DNA of 64,000 nucleotides from Escherichia coli (GTDB lineage Bacteria; Pseudomonadota; Gammaproteobacteria; Enterobacterales; Enterobacteriaceae): NCBI RefSeq assembly GCF_003018255.1, contig NZ_CP027440.1; one strand, 5' to 3'. Shown piece by piece: positions 59,379 to 64,000 of this stretch (position 1 is its first letter; each line of letters starts with the position of its first letter). The notes under the pieces were generated by a model. It saw only the letters and a program-made list of their open reading frames with translations, ran no database searches and was not told where the DNA came from. The position numbers and the translations under genes were made by a program.

Positions 59379-59680
59379 ACTGCTTATTCCTTGATAAAAC
59401 GGTTACACACGCCAGGACGGCAAAATGAATCCCAAATCGGAATAGTCTGGATTTGGAAGGCTCACATTATCACCAAAAGAGTTTTACGCAAGCCTGTCGG
59501 CGCAGGGTTTACAAATTTAGCACAGGGGCAGTTTTCAAGAGTCCGAAAAGCGCATGGATTGTAGATTTATTTCTTATTTCCTAAGATTATGAAACCGCAA
59601 TAGTAATATGCAAATAAGCAATTAATAATCCCGTTTACTCCTCCGGTCTTTTAAAATTCTCACCTTCATTCAGCTGGTTT

Positions 59681-60439
59681 ATGTCCTTCATGTCTTCGTT
59701 CTTGCACGGCAGATTTCTGCATCCAGGCGTGTTTTCGTTATGCGTTTTGCTCCCTTTACTCGCCAGCGCCACCACATCACATATCTCTTTCAGCTACGCC
59801 GCCCGCCAGCGGATGCAAAACCGTGCGCGTTTATTAAAACAGTACCAAACCCATCTGAAAAAGCAGGCCAGCTATATTGTGGAAGGCAATGCCAAAAGCA
59901 GAAGGGCGCTGCGCCAGCATAATCGGGAGCAGATAAAACAGCATCCAGAATGGTTTCCTGCGCCGCTCAAGGCGAGTGACAGACGCTGGCAGGCGCTGGC
60001 GGAGAACAACCATTTCTTAAGCAGCGACCATCTACACAACATCACCGAAGTGGCGATTCACCGCATGGAGCAGCAGCTTGGTAAGCCTTACGTCTGGGGC
60101 GGCACGCGGCCCGATCAAGGCTTCGACTGTAGCGGGTTGGTTTTTTATGCCTACAACAAGATCCTCGAGGCGAAGCTCCCGCGTACGGCCAATGAGATGT
60201 ATCACTACCATCGGGCAACGATTGTGGCGAATAACGACCTGCGCCGGGGAGATTTGCTGTTTTTCCATATTCACAGCCGTGAGATTGCCGATCATATGGG
60301 CGTGTATCTGGGAGACGGGCAATTTATCGAATCGCCACGCACGGGGGAAACCATACGGGTAAGCCGGTTAGCCGAACCTTTCTGGCAGGACCACTTTTTG
60401 GGCGCGCGCAGGATTTTGACGGAAGAGACGATTTTGTAG
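59681..60439 (+). CDS. yafL: NlpC/P60-family peptidoglycan endopeptidase lipoprotein
   Basis: 252-aa ORF with NlpC/P60 catalytic region (GFDCSGLVFYAY...HMGVY). Confidence 0.8.
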   Translation: MSFMSSFLHGRFLHPGVFSLCVLLPLLASATTSHISFSYAARQRMQNRARLLKQYQTHLKKQASYIVEGNAKSRRALRQHNREQIKQHPEWFPAPLKASDRRWQALAENNHFLSSDHLHNITEVAIHRMEQQLGKPYVWGGTRPDQGFDCSGLVFYAYNKILEAKLPRTANEMYHYHRATIVANNDLRRGDLLFFHIHSREIADHMGVYLGDGQFIESPRTGETIRVSRLAEPFWQDHFLGARRILTEETIL

Positions 60440-60545
60440 GGCGGATAGGGCGTTTACGCCGCATCCGGCGGTTATGCGCCGATGCCTGATGCGACGCTGG
60501 CACGTCTTATCATGCCTACAAGTCTGCGAATATTTTGCGAGCCGC
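60440..60545. repeat. REP (repetitive extragenic palindromic) element cluster upstream of rayT
   Basis: gccgcatccggc and tgcctgatgcgacgc palindromic units typical of REP/BIME. Confidence 0.55.
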
Positions 60546-60614
60546 TTTCCCGATATAACACACCCTCATTGTCGACTTTTCCTTTTCTTCTTACCGTTGA
60601 GAAAAGGAGCCGCT

Positions 60615-61112
60615 ATGTCTGAATATCGTCGTTATTACATCAAGGGTGGAACATGGTTTTTCACGGTAAATTTACGGAATCGTCGAAGCCAACTTTTGAC
60701 CGCTCAGTTCCAGATGCTCCGTAACGCCATTATTAACGTTAAGCGAGACAGGCCTTTTGAAATTAACGCCTGGGTCGTTTTGCCGGAACATATGCACTGT
60801 ATCTGGACATTACCCGAAAGCGATGATGATTTTTCCTCTCGCTGGCGGGAGATTAAAAAACAGTTCACCCATGCTTGTGGATTGCAAAATATGTGGCAAC
60901 CGCGTTTTTGGGAGCATGCCATTCGCAATACCAAAGATTATCGTCATCATGTTGATTATATTTACATAAATCCAGTGAAACATGGCTGGGTAAAGCAGGT
61001 GAGTGATTGGCCATTCTCAACGTTCCATCGCGATGTCGCGAAAGGTTTATATCCCATCGATTGGGCGGGGGACGTAACGGATTTTAGTGCCGGGGAGCGT
61101 ATTATTTTATAA
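60615..61112 (+). CDS. rayT: REP-associated tyrosine transposase (RayT, TnpA-REP)
   Basis: ORF 60474-61112 trimmed to ATG 60615 (MSEYRRYYIKGGTWFFTVNL...); flanked on both sides by REP elements. Confidence 0.8.
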   Translation: MSEYRRYYIKGGTWFFTVNLRNRRSQLLTAQFQMLRNAIINVKRDRPFEINAWVVLPEHMHCIWTLPESDDDFSSRWREIKKQFTHACGLQNMWQPRFWEHAIRNTKDYRHHVDYIYINPVKHGWVKQVSDWPFSTFHRDVAKGLYPIDWAGDVTDFSAGERIIL

Positions 61113-61325
61113 TTGTGCGCCGGTGCCGGATGCGCTTACGCTTATCCGGCCTACAAATCTGTGCCTTAACGGTAGGCCGGATAAGGCGTTCACGCCGCAT
61201 CCGGCGGTTGTGCGCAGATGCCTGATGCGACGCTAGCGCGTCTTATCATGCCTACAAATCTATGCCTTAACGGTAGGCCGGATAAGGCGTTCACGCCGCA
61301 TCCGGCAATTGTGCACCGATGCCGG
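61113..61325. repeat. REP/BIME cluster downstream of rayT (two near-identical palindromic units)
   Basis: Two copies of cttatccggcctacaaatct(g/a)tgccttaacggtaggccggataaggcgttcacgccgcatccggc. Confidence 0.65.
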
Positions 61326-61329
61326 ATTC

Positions 61330-63102
<1,773 letters not shown>

Positions 63103-63869
63103 TGGTGGCGGGCTGTCGCCGTTAAATAAAATCAGCCCGTCTCATCCGCCAAAACCTGCCACCGTGGCGGTGCCGGAAGAGACGGAGAAAAAAGCGCGCG
63201 ACGTCAACGAGAAAACGGCGCTGCTGAAGAAGAAATCCGCCACCGAGCTTGGCGAGCTGGCAACCAGTATCAATACCATCGCCCGTGATGCGCATATGGA
63301 AGCGAATCTGGAGATGGAGATTGTTCCCCAGGGATTACGCGTGCTGATTAAAGACGACCAGAACCGCAATATGTTCGAACGCGGCAGCGCGAAGATTATG
63401 CCGTTCTTTAAAACTTTGCTGGTGGAGCTTGCGCCAGTGTTCGACTCGCTCGATAACAAAATTATTATTACCGGGCATACCGATGCGATGGCCTATAAAA
63501 ACAATATCTACAACAACTGGAACCTTTCGGGCGATCGCGCGCTTTCGGCTCGTCGGGTGCTGGAAGAGGCTGGAATGCCGGAAGATAAAGTGATGCAGGT
63601 AAGCGCAATGGCGGACCAGATGCTGCTGGATGCCAAAAATCCGCAAAGCGCGGGCAACCGGCGCATTGAGATTATGGTGCTGACCAAAAGTGCGTCCGAT
63701 ACGCTGTATCAATACTTTGGTCAGCATGGGGATAAAGTGGTGCAGCCACTGGTGCAAAAGCTGGATAAGCAGCAGGTGCTTTCGCAGCGAGCGCGTTAAA
63801 TGCTGAATCTTTACGCATTTCTCAAACCCTGAAATCACTGTATACTTTACCAGTGTTGAGAGGTGAGCA

Positions 63870-64000
63870 ATGCGTAAAATCATTCATGTGGATATGGACT
63901 GCTTTTTCGCAGCGGTGGAGATGCGCGATAATCCCGCCCTGCGCGATATCCCTATTGCTATTGGCGGCAGCCGCGAACGACGGGGGGTGATCAGCACCGC
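63870..64000 (+). CDS. dinB: DNA polymerase IV (Y-family), 5' end only; gene runs off the window
   Basis: [33 protein letters not shown]... Confidence 0.9.
   Translation, partial: MRKIIHVDMDCFFAAVEMRDNPALRDIPIAIGGSRERRGVIST

Overview
Enterobacterial (Escherichia coli-like) chromosome segment. Conserved backbone: metQ-metI-metN, gmhB, a complete rRNA operon with the rrnH layout (16S, tRNA-Ile, tRNA-Ala, 23S, 5S, tRNA-Asp), dkgB, yafC, yafD, yafE, mltD, gloB, yafS, rnhA, dnaQ and tRNA-Asp (aspV). Downstream of aspV (about 16.8-53.0 kb) lies a ~36 kb accessory island with no integrase: a lipoprotein gene, a complete type VI secretion system (T6SS) in Vibrio-like gene order on the minus strand (tssB, tssC, tssE, tssF, tssG, tagH, tssJ, tssK, tssL, clpV, vasI-like, tssA, tssM, vasL-like), then an AT-rich tail with an extra Hcp-family gene and a candidate effector plus secreted small proteins. 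On the plus strand, diverging from tssB, are hcp, vgrG and a 1402-aa Rhs toxin with a lipoprotein immunity gene, followed by three direct 1289-bp ISAs1-family (H-repeat) insertion sequences interleaved with orphan rhs C-terminal toxin and immunity fragments. The backbone resumes with yafV, ivy, fadE, gmhA, yafJ, yafK, yafL, REP-flanked rayT, lfhA and lafU remnants, and the start of dinB. Most notable: clpV is split into two overlapping frames, tssC is preceded by a small ORF resembling its own N-terminal motif, an Hcp-linked candidate peptidoglycan-targeting effector/immunity module is uncharacterised, and one IS copy sits inside an orphan toxin gene with an intact target-site duplication. All calls come from reading the sequence and ORF translations; no database search was run.
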